Assembly: GCF_009914755.1 (NCBI RefSeq)
Contig: NC_060943.1
Direction: 5' to 3' (one strand)
DNA: 64,000 nucleotides
From: the human T2T-CHM13v2.0 reference genome, Homo sapiens
In this document: piece after piece, positions 18,744-38,634 of the stretch
Numbering within the stretch: position 1 is the stretch's first letter
Layout of the letters: every line of letters begins with the position of its first letter
The notes under the pieces: model-generated
What the model saw: only the letters and a program-made list of their open reading frames with translations
Database searches by the model: none
What the model was told of the DNA's origin: nothing
Translations under genes and position numbers: made by a program

Positions 18744-18894
18744 CCACACTTTCACAAACACCTGGGTGCTTGCGGACTCACCTTTTACAATGGTTTTACC
18801 AGCCTCCTCCACAAGCACAGGCAAAGTCAGTTTCAAGGACAGGAGCCCCCCACTGTTGCTCGGTGTACTGGCGATCTAAACAAACACGTGCATT

Positions 18895-19694
<800 letters not shown>

Positions 19695-20289
19695 TAAGTC
19701 CTGTTTTTGTTTTCCAGTTGAATTGAGAGTTCCTTTTGGGCAGGAACTCTTTTTTCCCTTTGTCCTGGGTCCGGTACTTGGCATGCAGTAGATTCTAGGG
19801 CAGAGCTGGAGGCAGGGGGAGGCTGCCTAGAGCCAGAGGGCTTGTGTGTGAGGTCCGCCCCTGCACTCACTCACTGGGGGACCTTGGCTGAGTCCCGCGG
19901 CATTTTCAGTCTAGACATTGCATCAATTAAACAGGTGTGATGCTTATAATGATCACCCTCCTTCTTGGCCTCAGGGCCTCTGTGAGGTTTTAATGAATGA
20001 AGGCTGAAGAAACTCCACAGAGATGGTGACTTTCCCCCAGCACAGCTCTTGCCCTCAAGGAAGAGACACTCGACCAAACAGGCAACTGGAAACAGGATGG
20101 CTTCGTGGGCGTGTGTGACTTACACAGGGCTGTGCACTCAGAAGAATCCCGTGACTGACTTAGGCTCTGCAGCTGCCATCTTGAAATTCTTAATAACTTT
20201 TGAATGGTGTTGGGGGTGGGGTTGGAGGGGATGGTCCACACTTTCATTTTGCACTGGGCACTACAAATTATGTGACCGGCTCTGATTAA

Positions 20290-21150
20290 AATGCTACAAG
20301 AACTAACATGAAACTGGACACAGAAACCAGACCCCAGAGCACATACCGTATGAGTCCATTGGTATGAAGTTTAAAAACAGATGGCACTAGTCCAAAGGAT
20401 TGGAAGTTGGAATAGTGGTTACCAGGACTGGGGGGAGGAAGGGATGGTGGATGGTGAACAAAAGGACCTTGGAGGGCTCCTGGGGTTCTAGGAATCAATC
20501 TTCCTTCTTTCCTTCCTTCCTTCCTTCCTCTTTCTCTCTTTCTTTCTGTTTTTATTTCAATAGGTTTTTAAGGAACAGGTGGTGTTGGTTACATGAATAA
20601 GTTCTTTAGCAGTGATTTCTGATATTTTGGTGCACCCATTACCCGAATAAAAATCTTCTCTCTTTCTTCCTCTCTCCTTCCTTCCTTCCTTCCTTCCTTC
20701 CTTCCTTCCTTCCTTCCTTCCTTCCTTCCTACCTTCTTTCCTTCAACAGAATCTTATTCTGTTGCCCAGGCTGGAGTGCAGTGGTACAATTATAGCTTTT
20801 TGCAGCCTCAACCTCCTGGGCTCAAGTGATCTTCCTGCCCCAGCCTCCTGAGTAGCCAGGACTACAGGAATGTGCCAACATGCCTGGCTAATTTTAAAAA
20901 ATTTTTTATAGAGAAGAGGTCTCACTATGTTGCCCAGACTAGACTTGAACTCCTTCCCTCAAGTGATCTTTCTGCATCAGTCTTCCAAAGTGCTGGGATT
21001 GCAGGCATGAGCCACCTCACCCAGCCTTAGAAATGTTCTGTTTCTTGACCTGAGAGCTGGATATACAGGATTGCTCACTTTGTGAAAATTCGCTAAGGAT
21101 TTGTGCACTTTTCTGCATATGTGTTAAACTGCAGTACAAGGTTAAAAGAA
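20290..21150. mobile_element. Old L1M 3' fragment (+) containing an L1PB-like fragment (~20545-20648, -) and an AluJ (~20655-21027, -) with a (CCTT)n tail
   Basis: GATTGCTCACTTTGTGAAAATTC L1M end; GGTTACATGAATAAGTTCTTTAG L1PB end; Alu body. Confidence 0.7.
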
Positions 21151-21629
21151 AATGTGTGAAACGACCTATACATTGCAAAGGAAAGGCCAGGGTGTTGAGC
21201 TTGACCCACCTTGGGGATGCTCAGAGAAGGCTTCCCTGGAGAGGGGTCTGGGTCAGGTCCTGAAGGAGGAGCAAGGGATGGGGGTTGGGAAGTTTTGTGG
21301 CTCCCTACCAAGGGATGACGTGCCTGTCTGGCAGGAGCTAGGCTCATGCATGGCTCGGGAGAGCACCTGCTTGTACTGAGTCTGGCTCTGCCTGGGAGCT
21401 TGAGGATGCGAATGAATTGGAGACACAAAGACCAGCTTGTGGGGGCCGTGGACTCCACTCTCTGGGCTCGAGACTCCAGCTGCAGTGTGGAGGACAGCCT
21501 GGGGTGGGAGATGGGAGGCAGGGAGACCCTGCAGAGGCTACTGGACTTCCCAGGTGAGCAGTGATGGTGTCTTGGGCTGGGGGAGTGTAGACAGGAGAAT
21601 GGATTCTGGAGACTTTATTCCAGTGGTAG

Positions 21630-22700
<1,071 letters not shown>

Positions 22701-23092
22701 GGCTGTTTCGAGGAATCACTAGAGAAGCTTAAAAACTTCCCACCGCCCAGGTCACGCCCAAGCATTATTTTTCGGAGCTCCCAACATGCATCCAAGGCTG
22801 AGAAGGAGTGCAGGAGGCCAACCCTGAGGCCCCTGAGCCTCAGTGGAGACAGCAGTCTGGGCCGATGTCACGAAACGCCCCTTTCCTTTCCACCACCTCC
22901 CTTCACTCAGCTCTCTTTTGTCTCCGCCCACTTGTTTCCATCTTCAGTTCCTGGTAGATGAAAGGGATCCATTTAAGTGGCAGGGACTTTGAAATCAGTG
23001 TGTCAGTCCCTGATGCTTGTTTATTTTCAAAGCAACATAGGAGAATGGATGTGGAGGGGAAGCGGGGAGGCTCTCAAGGGCAGTAGTGGGAA

Positions 23093-23285
23093 TAGGATTG
23101 CCAGATAAAATACAAGAGGCTGTATTAAATTTGAATTTCAGATAAACCATGAATTTTCTTTTCGGTAGAAGGGTGCTCCAAATATTACATGGACATACTT
23201 ATACTAAAAGATTACTTGTTGTTTATCTGAAATTCAAATTTAATCGAATGACCTATATTTGTATTTGCTAAACCTGGCAACTCTA
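23093..23285. mobile_element. MER53 palindromic hAT MITE
   Basis: 193 bp; termini TAGGATTGCCAG / CTGGCAACTCTA; internal inverted TTAAATTTGAATTTCAGATAAAC / GTTTATCTGAAATTCAAATTTAA. Confidence 0.88.
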
Positions 23286-23755
23286 AGTGTGAAGCCAGGT
23301 CAAGGTGACACCCAGAACTCATTTAGGGACATTTGCAGACTCCCAAGTTCCTTCACCAGCAAAGTAGGAAACCTCTCAGGAATCCTCAGGCTCTTCCTCT
23401 TATTTAGAGAAAGTGAGGCTCCAAGACAGGAAGTAACACATTCAAAACAGGCAATTCTTGGTTTGCACATTATCATGGTCACTAAACACATGTATACTGA
23501 AACCGTGTTCTTGCTTTGCTGCTATGAATATTTGCATAGAGGTTTTTGTATTGACACAAATTTTCAACTCAGTTGGGTAATGCCTGGGATTGTGATTGCT
23601 GGGTTGTATAAGTCTATGTTTGACTTTGTAAGAAACTGCCAAACTGTCTTCCAGAATGGCTGTACCATTTTATCTTCCCACCAGGAATGAAAGAGAGTTT
23701 CAATTTCTCTACATCCTTGCCAACATTTATTTTCCATTAATTAAAAAAAAATTTA

Positions 23756-24079
<324 letters not shown>

Positions 24080-24373
24080 CTATCCTAGCAGCTGTGAGAT
24101 GGTCTGTCATTGTGATTCAGATTTGCATTTCCCTAATAATTAGTGATATTGAGCATCTTTTCATGTGCCTATTGGCCATTTGTATATCTTCTTTGGAGAA
24201 ATAGCTATGCAAGTTCTTTGCTCATTTTGGGGTTTTCCATGAAACTCCTACAACTCAATGACAACAAAAAAACAGTGCAATATATATATGCTTGATATTA
24301 AACCCTTATATATAAGATACAAGATTTGCAAGTGTTTCTTCTCGTTCTGTGTGTTATCTTTTCACTCTCTTGA

Positions 24374-24559
<186 letters not shown>

Positions 24560-25156
24560 TAGTAGAGATGGGGTTTCACCATGTTGGCCAGGCTGGTCTT
24601 GAACTCCTGACCTCAAGTGATCTGCCCACCTCATCCTCCCAAAGTGCTGGGATTACACGCATGAACCAATGAGCCCGGTTGATAGTGTCCTTTGATGCAT
24701 AAAAGTTTTTAATTTTGATGACATCCAATTTACAGTTTTTTTCTTTTGCTACCTGTGCTTTTGGTGGCCTATTTGAGAAACCATTGCCAAATCTAAGATC
24801 ATGATTGCCCCTATGGTTTCTTCTGTGTTTGACTTTAGGTCTTACGTTCAGGTCTTTGATCAATCTTGAGTTAATTTTTATTCATAGTGTAAGGCAAGGG
24901 TTCAACTTCATTCTTTTGCATGTGGATATCCAGCTTCCTTGGCACCATTTGTGTTTTTTTTTTCCTTTTCCATATATATTCTTCTTATGTAAGGCACCAT
25001 TTATTAAAGAGACTCTCCTTTTCTTATTGAATGGTCTTGAAATTCTCGTCAAAAATCAGTACGCGAGAGGGTTTATTTTCTGGGCTCTTTATTCTAGCCT
25101 ATTGGACTATATGACTATCTGAGACCACAATGTTTTTTGTTTTTTTTGTTTTTTGA

Positions 25157-25264
<108 letters not shown>

Positions 25265-25665
25265 TAGTAGACAGGAATACTACTAGCTGCCACCATGCCT
25301 GTCTTTTTTTTTTTTTTTCTGTAGTTTTAGTACAGACAGGGTTTCACCATGTTGGCCAGGCTGGCCTCGAATTCCTGACCTCAAGTGATCTACCTGCCTT
25401 GGCTTCCCAATGTGTTGGGATTACAGGCATGAGCCATCTGCCTGGCTTCATAGTATTTTGATTACTGTAGCTTTGTAGTAAGTTTTGAAATCAGGAAGTA
25501 TGAGACCTCCAACTTTGTTCTTCTTTTTCGGTTATTTTGGTTATTTGGGGTCTCTTGAAATTCCATACAAATTTTAGGACCAGTTTGCCTACTTCTGCAA
25601 AAAAAATGCCATTGGGATTGGATAGGAATTGCACTGAATCTGTGGATGGCTTTGGAGAACATTGT

Positions 25666-26049
25666 TGTATTAGTCTGCTTGAACTGCTATAACAAAATAC
25701 CATGACAGGTGGCTTAAACAATAGAAATTTATATTCCTCACAGCTCTGGAAACTAAGGGTCCATGATGAAGGTGTTGGAAAAGCCAGTTTCTCATGAAGT
25801 TTCTCTTCCTGGCTTGTCCATGACCACCTTCTTACTATGTCCTTGGATGGTCTTTCCTTGCATGCAGAGCAAGAGAAAGCTCTCTGGTATCTCTGCCAGG
25901 ATAGGGACACTAATCCTATTGAACCAAGGCCCCACCTTCATTTAACATTAATTACTTCCATAAAGGCCCTATCTTCAGAAACAGTCCCATTGGCGGTTAG
26001 GGCACTGACATATGCATTTTGGAAGAACACTAACATTCAGCCCATAACA
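25666..26049 (-). mobile_element. MLT1A-type solo LTR
   Basis: TGTATTAGTC...CAGCCCATAACA; 5-bp TSD ATTGT at 25661-25665 and 26050-26054. Confidence 0.88.
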
Positions 26050-26350
26050 ATTGTCATCTTAACAATATTGTCTTCCAATCCATGAAGGCAAGATGTTCTT
26101 CTGTATATTTCTGTTTAATTTCTTTCAGCAGTGTTTTGTAGTTTTCAATGTACAAACTTGCTCCTCCTTGGTTAATTTTTTTACTAAATATTTTATTCTT
26201 GATGTTACTGTACATGGAATTGTTTTCTCAATTTTCTTTTCAGATTGTTGTTTCCTACTACTTAGAAATATATATCCTACTATATAGAAACTGATTCTTG
26301 TGTGTTGATTTTGTATCCTGCAGCTTTGCTGAATTTATTAGCTCTAACAG

Positions 26351-26351
<1 letters not shown>

Positions 26352-26396
<45 letters not shown>
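26352..26396. repeat. (GT)~22 microsatellite
   Basis: Read directly from sequence. Confidence 0.98.
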
Positions 26397-26397
<1 letters not shown>

Positions 26398-26742
26398 GGG
26401 TGGGTATTCATTAGGATTTTCTACATATAAGATTATATCATCTACCAAGAGAGATAATATTACTTCTTCTTTTCTAACTTGGCTGCCTTTCATTTCTTTA
26501 TCTTGCCTAGTTGCTGTGACTAGAACTCTTAGTACTACGCTAAATAGTAGTGGTAAAAGTGGGCATCCTTGTCTTGTTCCCAATTTAGAGGAAAAAAATC
26601 TTCAGTCTCTCATTATTATGTTAGTTATGGGCTTTTCTTATATGGTCCTTATAACGTTGAAGAGGTTCGTTTCTATTCCTACTTTACTAAGTGTTTTATC
26701 TTGATGTTGGATATTGTCAAATGCTTTTTCGGCATCATTTGA

Positions 26743-27069
<327 letters not shown>

Positions 27070-27072
27070 TGA

Positions 27073-27503
<431 letters not shown>

Positions 27504-28076
27504 TAGTATTTTGTTGAGAATTTTTGTGTTTATGTTCATAAGGAGCAGTGGTCTGCAGTTTTCTTTTCTCTCAGTGTCTTTGTCTTGCTGGCCTCATAGA
27601 ATGTGTTCTTTCCTCTTCAATCTTTAGAAGAGTTTGAGAAGGATTTGTGTTACTTCTTTAAATGTTTAGTAGAATTCATCTTGAAACAATCTGTTTCTGC
27701 GCTTTTTTGTTGGAAACTTTTTGATTACTGATTCAATATCCTTACTTGTTATAGATCCAATCAGATTTTCTATTTCTTCTTGAGTTAGTTTTGGTAGTTT
27801 GTGTTTTTCTAAAAATTTGTACATTTCATCTAAGGTTTTCCGATTTTTTGGAGTACAATTGTTTATAGTATTATCCAATTTATTTCTGCAAAACAGTACT
27901 GTCTCACTTTCATTTCTGATTTTAGTAATTTGACTCTTTTCTCTTTTTTTCTTAGTCAATTTTGTTGATCTTTAAAAACATCAACTTTTCACTGGGTGTG
28001 GTGGCTCACTCCTGTAATCCTAGCACTTTTGGAGGCTGAGGTGGGTGGATTGCCTGAGCCCAGGAGTTCAAGATCA

Positions 28077-28286
<210 letters not shown>

Positions 28287-28411
28287 TCAACTTTTATTTT
28301 CATTGATTTCCTCTATCATTTTTCTGTTTTCTGTTTTGTTTTTCTCCACTCTAATCTTTGTTATTCCTTCTTTCTTTTTCTTTTCTTCCCTTTTTTTTTT
28401 TTTTGAGATGA

Positions 28412-28771
<360 letters not shown>

Positions 28772-30288
28772 TAGTTTGCTAGGGCCATGATAACACTTTA
28801 TCACGAAGTGAGTAGCTTAAACAATAGAAATTTATTTTCTCACAATTCTGGAGGCTGGAAGTCCAAGATCAAGGTGTCAGCAGGGTTGATATTTTCTCAG
28901 GCCTCACCCCTTGGCTTGCAGATGCTGCCTTCTCACTACAATCCCACGTGGTTTTTCTTATGTGTACACACATGCTACTGTTCAGATCTCTTCTTCTCTG
29001 TTATGACATGAGGTCTTGCTCTGTAGCCCAGGCTGTAGTGCAGTGGTGAGCTCATAGCTCACTGCAGCTTCGACCTCTTGGGCTCAAGCAATCCTCCTGC
29101 CTTAGCCTCCCAAGTCGCTGTGACTACAGGCATGTGCCACCAAACCTGGCTTATTTTTTTTTAATTTTATTTATTTATTTATTTATTTTTAGAGACCAGG
29201 TCTCACTATGTTGCTCAGGATAGTCTTGAATCCTGGGCTCAAGTGATCCACCTGCTTTGGCTTCCCAGGGGATTGGTAGCATAAGTGCTGGGATTACAGG
29301 CATAAGCCAACATGCCCATATTATTTTCTTACTTTCCATCCTTTCGAATCTTTTGATCCAAAGTAAGTCTCTTGCAGACAGCATATAAATTAATAATTTT
29401 TAGAAATCCATTCTATCAATCTCTGCCCTTTAATTAGACAGTTTAGTCCATTTACATTTAAAGTAATTACCAATAAAGGATTTAATTCTGCCATTTATTT
29501 AATAGCTATTTGCTTTTCTGTACATTTTTTAAATTTTGTTCCTCAATTCCTCCACTACTACATTTTTTTGGTATTTAATAGATTTTAGTGTATCATTTTG
29601 ATTCCTTTTTTCTTTCCCTGTCTGTATATTTTTTAGTTATTTTCTTAGCGGTTGCCTTGGGGATCACAATTAGCATCTTAAATTTATAACACCCTAATTT
29701 GAATAATACTAACTTAGTTTTAAGAGTATACAAATACTTTGCTCCTATACATCTCTTTCCCTCCCTCTTTATATTATTATTGTCCCAGATCATATCTTTA
29801 TACATTCTGTGCCCATTAACATAGATTTATAATTATTGTTTCATGCATTTGCCCTTTAAATGATAGGTGAAAAACAAAGTATTATGAACAAAACCTACAA
29901 TAATACTGGCTTTTATATTTACTGATGTATGTAGTTACTATTTTTATCAGTGTTCTTTTTTTTTCTCATCATGGCTTTGAATTACTATCAAGTTTCCTTT
30001 CATTTCAGCCTGATGGATTCATTTTAGCAGCTCTTGTAGAGCAGGGCTACTAGCAATGAGCTTTCTCTGCATTTATTTATCTGAAAATGTCTTAATTTCT
30101 CCTTTATTCCTGAAGGATAGTTTGTCTGGTAGGAAATTTTTGCTTGACAGTCTTTTTTTTTTTTTTCCCCAGGACTTTAACTGTGTTATTCCACTGCCTC
30201 TGGGCCTCTGGTTCCTTTTCTTTTCTTTTCTTTTCTCTTTTCTTTTTTTTTGAGATGGAGTCTCACACTGTCATCCAGGCTGGAGTGA

Positions 30289-30438
<150 letters not shown>

Positions 30439-31224
30439 TGACCAGGCTGGTCTAGAATGCCTGACCTCATGATCCACCTGCCTTGGCCTCCCAAAGTGCT
30501 GGGATTATAGGCGTGAGCCACTGTGCCCGGCACTTAAAAAAAATTTTTTTTTGAGATGGAGTTTTGCTTTTTTAGAGTTTTGCTCTTGTGCCCAGGCTGG
30601 AGTGCAGTGGTGCAATCTTGGCTCACTGAAACCTCCACTTCCCAGGTTCAAGCAATTCTCCAGCCTCAGCCTCCCAAGTAGATAGGATTACAGGTGCCCA
30701 CCACCGCATCTGGCTAATTTTTGTATTTTTAGTAGAATGGGGTTTCGCCATATTGGTCAGGCTGGTCTCGAACTCCTGACCTCAGGCGATCTGCCCACCT
30801 CGGCCTCCCAAAGTGCTGGAATTACAGGCCTGAGCCACTGCACCCAGCCCCTCTATGGTTTCTGATGAAAGCTTAGCTATTAATGTTACTGAGGACTCCT
30901 TGTACCTTACAAGTTGTTCCTCTCTTGCTGCTTTCAAGATTCTCTTTTTGTTTCTGATTTTTGACAATCTGGCTGTGAGTTTCAGTATGAATCTCTGAGT
31001 TTCTCGCGCTTGTAATTTGTTAAGCTTCTTGGACGTGTATGTTCATATCCTTCATCAAATTTGGGAAGTTTTCAGCCATTATTTCTTCAAATTTCTTTTT
31101 CTGTCCCTTCCTGTTCCTCTTCTCCTTCAGGAACTTCTACTATGCATATGTTGATATATGCTTGATGGCATCACATGGATCTATCAGGCTCTGTTCATTT
31201 TTCCTTTTCTTTTTTTTGAGATAG

Positions 31225-31377
<153 letters not shown>

Positions 31378-32607
31378 TAGTAGAGATGGGGTTTCACCAT
31401 GTTGGCCAGGCTGATCTCAAACTCCTGAATTCAAGTGATCCACCCTCCTCGGCCTCCCAAAGTGCTGGGATTACAGGCATGAGCCACCATGGCCAGCCTA
31501 TTTTTCGTTATTTATTTTTCTCTCTTTACAACTGGACAATTTCAATTGCCTTATCTTCAAGTTCACTGGTTCTTTCTTCTTCCTGATTCTTCAGATCAGC
31601 TTTTTGATCTCTCTAGTGAATTTCTAAGTTCAAGCTATTGTACTTTTCGGCTCCAGGATTTCTATTTTGTTCCTTTTTATAAGATTAAACTATCTCTTTA
31701 TTGGCCTTCCCTATTTGTTCATATATTATTTTGGTTTCCTTTAGCTCATTGGGTGTAAGACAGTTGATTTAATGTCTTTGACTAATGTTTCCAATGTAAA
31801 GGCTTCCTTGGGGATGGCTTCTATTGAATTCTTTTTTTCCCCCTGTGAATAGGCTATACTTTCCTTTTTCTTTGTATGCTTTGTAATATTTTGTTGAGCA
31901 CTTGGCATTTTGGGTATTATTGTAGTAACTCTGAAAATCAGATTCTCCTCCTCTTCAGGGATTGCTGATTTTTGCTTGTTGAGGGTTGCAGCCATCTGTT
32001 TGTTTAGAGACTTTTCCAAACTATGTTTGCAAAGTGTGTAGTCCTTATTGCATGTGGTTACTGATGTTTTTGTTTCATAATCTTTACAGGCAACCAGTGA
32101 CCTGGAAATGATATCTGTAAATTTCTGGCTACAAAAAGGTGTTCTTTACTTTCAAATCTCCTGATGGATGCTGCCATAGGAAGCACAAGAGGGCTGAAAC
32201 CAATACAGGAGTCTGTGCTAATCCCTCAGGACTCAAAAATGCCCCAATTTTTGGAGGACAAGGGTCATCTTGCCCACCTTGCAACCAGCCAGCCATTCCA
32301 GGAAAGCTATTCCTGCAGCCTCATGGTAGGGTGAGGGCTGAGAAATGGGGCATGGCAGCTGTTTTGCATCCACCCTGTTGCTGTTCTCTTACCAACAACC
32401 AGCAGCCTCTTTTTTCATCAAGAACTCCCCTGGCTGTTTATTCATGTCTCATGAGGTTTGCCCGTCTAATTTTTTGTATCTTTAGTAGAGATGGGGTTTC
32501 ACCATATTGGCCAGGCTGGTCTCGAAATCCTGACCTCAGGAGATCCATCTGCTTTGGGCTCCCAAAGTTTTGGGATTACAGATGTGAATTATTGTGCCCA
32601 GCCAAGG

Positions 32608-32978
32608 CTGGGTAATTTGTAAAGAAAGGAGGTTTATTTGGCTCGCAGTTCTGTGGGCCATACAAGCATGTGGCACCAACACCTGCTCGGTTTCTGGTGA
32701 GGCCTCAGGAAGCTTCCAATCATGGTGGAAGGCAAATGGGGAGCTGCACGTCACATGGCAAGTGGAAGTAAGAGCTAGGGAGCAAGAGAGGAAGGAGGAG
32801 GTGCCAGGCTCTTTTAAACAACCAGCTTTCATGTGAACTCATTACTGCAGAAGAGCAGCAAACCATTCATGAGGGATCCGCCCCCAAGACCCAAACACCT
32901 CCCACTAGGCCCCACTTCCAACATTAGGGATCACGTTTCAACATGAGATTTTGAGGGAACAATATCCAAACCATGTTA
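32608..32978 (-). mobile_element. MST (MaLR) LTR
   Basis: GGTGAGGCCTCAGGAAGCTTCCAATCATGGTGGAAGGC; GACCCAAACACCTCCCACTAGGCCCCAC. Confidence 0.88.
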
Positions 32979-33123
32979 GTGGCCCTCTATTGACTCCAAC
33001 ATCTATGAACAGGGCTGGTGCTTGCCTTGGTCAACTCTTGTCTCCCATTCCCAGTGGGGGGCCTGGCACATGAAGAAGGGATTAACCAATAATAAGTAAT
33101 AAAGTAATAAGGTAATAAAATAA

Positions 33124-34034
<911 letters not shown>

Positions 34035-34816
34035 TGAAAGTGTGATAAGTGCTACAAAGAAAATTTAAAAAGTGAGGTGAGGGCAGATGCCTAGAGGAGA
34101 GGGGAGGGGCTTTTGTGGACAGGAGATCAAGAAAGCCCTGTTATTATTTGAACTGAGGCCTGAGTAATGGCAAGGAGGCAACCATGGAAAGATATGGGAG
34201 AAATATTGCAGGCAGAGAGATCAGCAGGTGCAAAGGCCCTGAGGCAGGAACTAGTCTGGAGTATCTGAAGAAGAGAGAAATTGTTGTGGTTGGCTTGAGT
34301 GGTAGGGGGCTTGGTTGGAGGTGGGGAAGGTGGGTCCGACAATGCTGAATTCTAGTAGGATGTCTGGATTTGATTCTGGTTGCTGTGGGAAGCCATGGAG
34401 GGCCCTAGAAGGGAGACTGACATGACCTGATCCCCTTTGAAAAGCTCACCCAGACTGCTGAGTGGATAATAGTTTAGAGGTGTGCGAATTGGATGTCTTT
34501 GGCTGCTCATGATAGAAAATTGTCCTGGTCATTTAGAAAATTTACTGGCCTTTTAAACGGGAAGTTCAGAAGTGATGCAGACTCCAGAGCTGGTTGATTC
34601 AGCCCTGGATCAAGTTCTGTGATGCTGTCAAGGATTGGGTTCTGTTCTCAGCTCTGCTGACCACAGATCGCACTTCATTCTGAGTACTGGAGTGTCTAGG
34701 TGGTCTGGGGGGCTGTCTGATACACATGGGGCTACCTGCTTTGCACTTCCTGGCCAAGGGGATAGACTGATTCCTTATGGGAGCACTTTTGAAGAATGAG
34801 GAAGAACCTTCTCAGG

Positions 34817-36095
<1,279 letters not shown>

Positions 36096-36814
36096 GTGGG
36101 GGCAAAGTTATCCTTGGAAAATTTCTTAGTCCATTCATAGCAGCATATTAAAATTAGTACAGTAGCTTAATTTATATAAGAGAAAATACAATGTGTACAG
36201 TAATTAATGAACATGCAAAATATAATTGTATATTTCAACTCACTAAAAAGGCACAGAAAGAGTTGAATTTGCTAAAATTAAATGTGCTTATGAAACAGCT
36301 CTAGTACATGAATTAAGCTCCTAGATACAGATGCAGCGCCAAACGACGGGGAGGGAGATGGGGCACTCAAGGCGACACGCGGCTCTTGTTGCCGAGCGTT
36401 TCCTGGGCGTGGAGCTTCTATAGAATGTAAGCTTTTTTTTTTTAAGGTTCCAAAGCCTATATTTAGTGCTTTCATATACGTAATCTCAAAAAAAAAAGAA
36501 AGAAATATCGGCATAAAATGTAAGCTTCCAGAGGGATACAAACGCAGCCCAGCGCGGACACCGCCAGCCCCAGCCACGCGGTTCGCATCAAGCGCACTCC
36601 CCTGGGGGCGGGGCCTGCGCGAGCTGGGCGTGTCGGGGGCGGGGCCTGCGCGCTTGCTTCCGGCGTGCCGCGAGAGGCGGGGCGTGTGGGGAGGCGCGGC
36701 CGCCACGCGACGCCTGGCTGGGCCCGCACCGGAGAGGCGTCTCGGTACCTGGCAGGCGGCCTGCTACTCGGAGCCCGCTGCGGGGCGGCGGCGGCGGGGA
36801 CATGCACGTGTGAG

Positions 36815-36976
36815 ATGCGGCAGCGGGCGGCGCGGACGCGAACAGCAGCGGCGGCGGCGGGCGCGGCCTCCTGGGCGCGGGGCGCGCGGTGCCTGAGGGC
36901 GGGCGCGCGGGCGCTGGGCAACTGCCGGCCGCGCCGCCTGCGCAGGCGCTGGTTCAGGACTCACACGCCGCGCTGA
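36815..36976 (+). other. Candidate 53-aa uORF in the URI1 5'UTR, preceded by a 3-codon uORF at 36802-36813
   Basis: ATG 36815 to TGA 36976; ATG CAC GTG TGA at 36802; requires a TSS upstream of 36802. Confidence 0.55.
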
Positions 36977-36992
36977 GGCCCGCGGGCCCGTC

Positions 36993-37109
36993 ATGGAGGC
37001 GCCCACCGTGGAGACGCCCCCCGACCCCTCGCCCCCTTCGGCCCCGGCCCCTGCCCTGGTTCCGTTGCGCGCCCCGGATGTGGCGCGGCTGCGCGAGGAG
37101 CAGGAAAAG
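36993..37109 (+). CDS. URI1: URI1 (unconventional prefoldin RPB5 interactor 1; RMP/C19orf2) coding exon 1, aa 1-39
   Basis: MEAPTVETPPDPSPPSAPAPALVPLRAPDVARLREEQEK recognised as the URI1 N-terminus; strong Kozak GTCATGG; donor AAG|GTAACT at 37110. Confidence 0.95.
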
Positions 37110-37552
37110 GTAACTAGCAGCCCCGCGCCGCTTCCGCCTCCGCCCGCCGGGCTGCCCCTGCCTGTGCTCTGGGCCGCCGCCCCGCGTGGCCTAGGCCCAG
37201 CTGCCTGGGCCCCCGGAGGGAACGGGGATAAACTTTTGTCACGTGCTTCTGTTGTCTTTGTCTGCAGCCCTTTGACTTCGCAGCGGAGTGAGGGGTGTGC
37301 AGCCCGTTCGCCTGCCCAGGAAAGGGGGCTTCTGAGCTGAAGGCGTGCGGCAGCGCGTGGGAATTTGGGGGCGGGGGCAGCACGCTGTCAACGGAAGCGT
37401 TCGCCTTAATATTTGTAGCTTGTAATGACCTAAACATTGCTTAAAATGTGTACTGTTTGTTGCTCTTTGATTGCACGGAAAAGTTTTACCGCGTTTGTCA
37501 TGATAATGCTTCCTGTGCAATATTTGGTTATTTAATATTTGTCACAATATAA

Positions 37553-38634
<1,082 letters not shown>

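Larger units (their letters stand above)
36330..37410 (+). promoter_or_regulatory. URI1: CpG island / TATA-less promoter of URI1
   Basis: Very high GC and CpG content; GC boxes at 36604 and 36635; ETS-like CTTCCGG at 36657; E-boxes CACGTG at 36805 and 37240; NRF1-like TGCGCAGGCGC at 36939. Confidence 0.93.

Noticed and set aside
36278-37006. Minus-strand ORFs suggesting a divergent coding gene
   Set aside because: Stop-poor CpG-island sequence with no recognisable protein; a non-coding antisense transcript cannot be judged from sequence
37110-37340. Continuation of the URI1 ORF to 115 aa
   Set aside because: Read-through past the splice donor into intron 1
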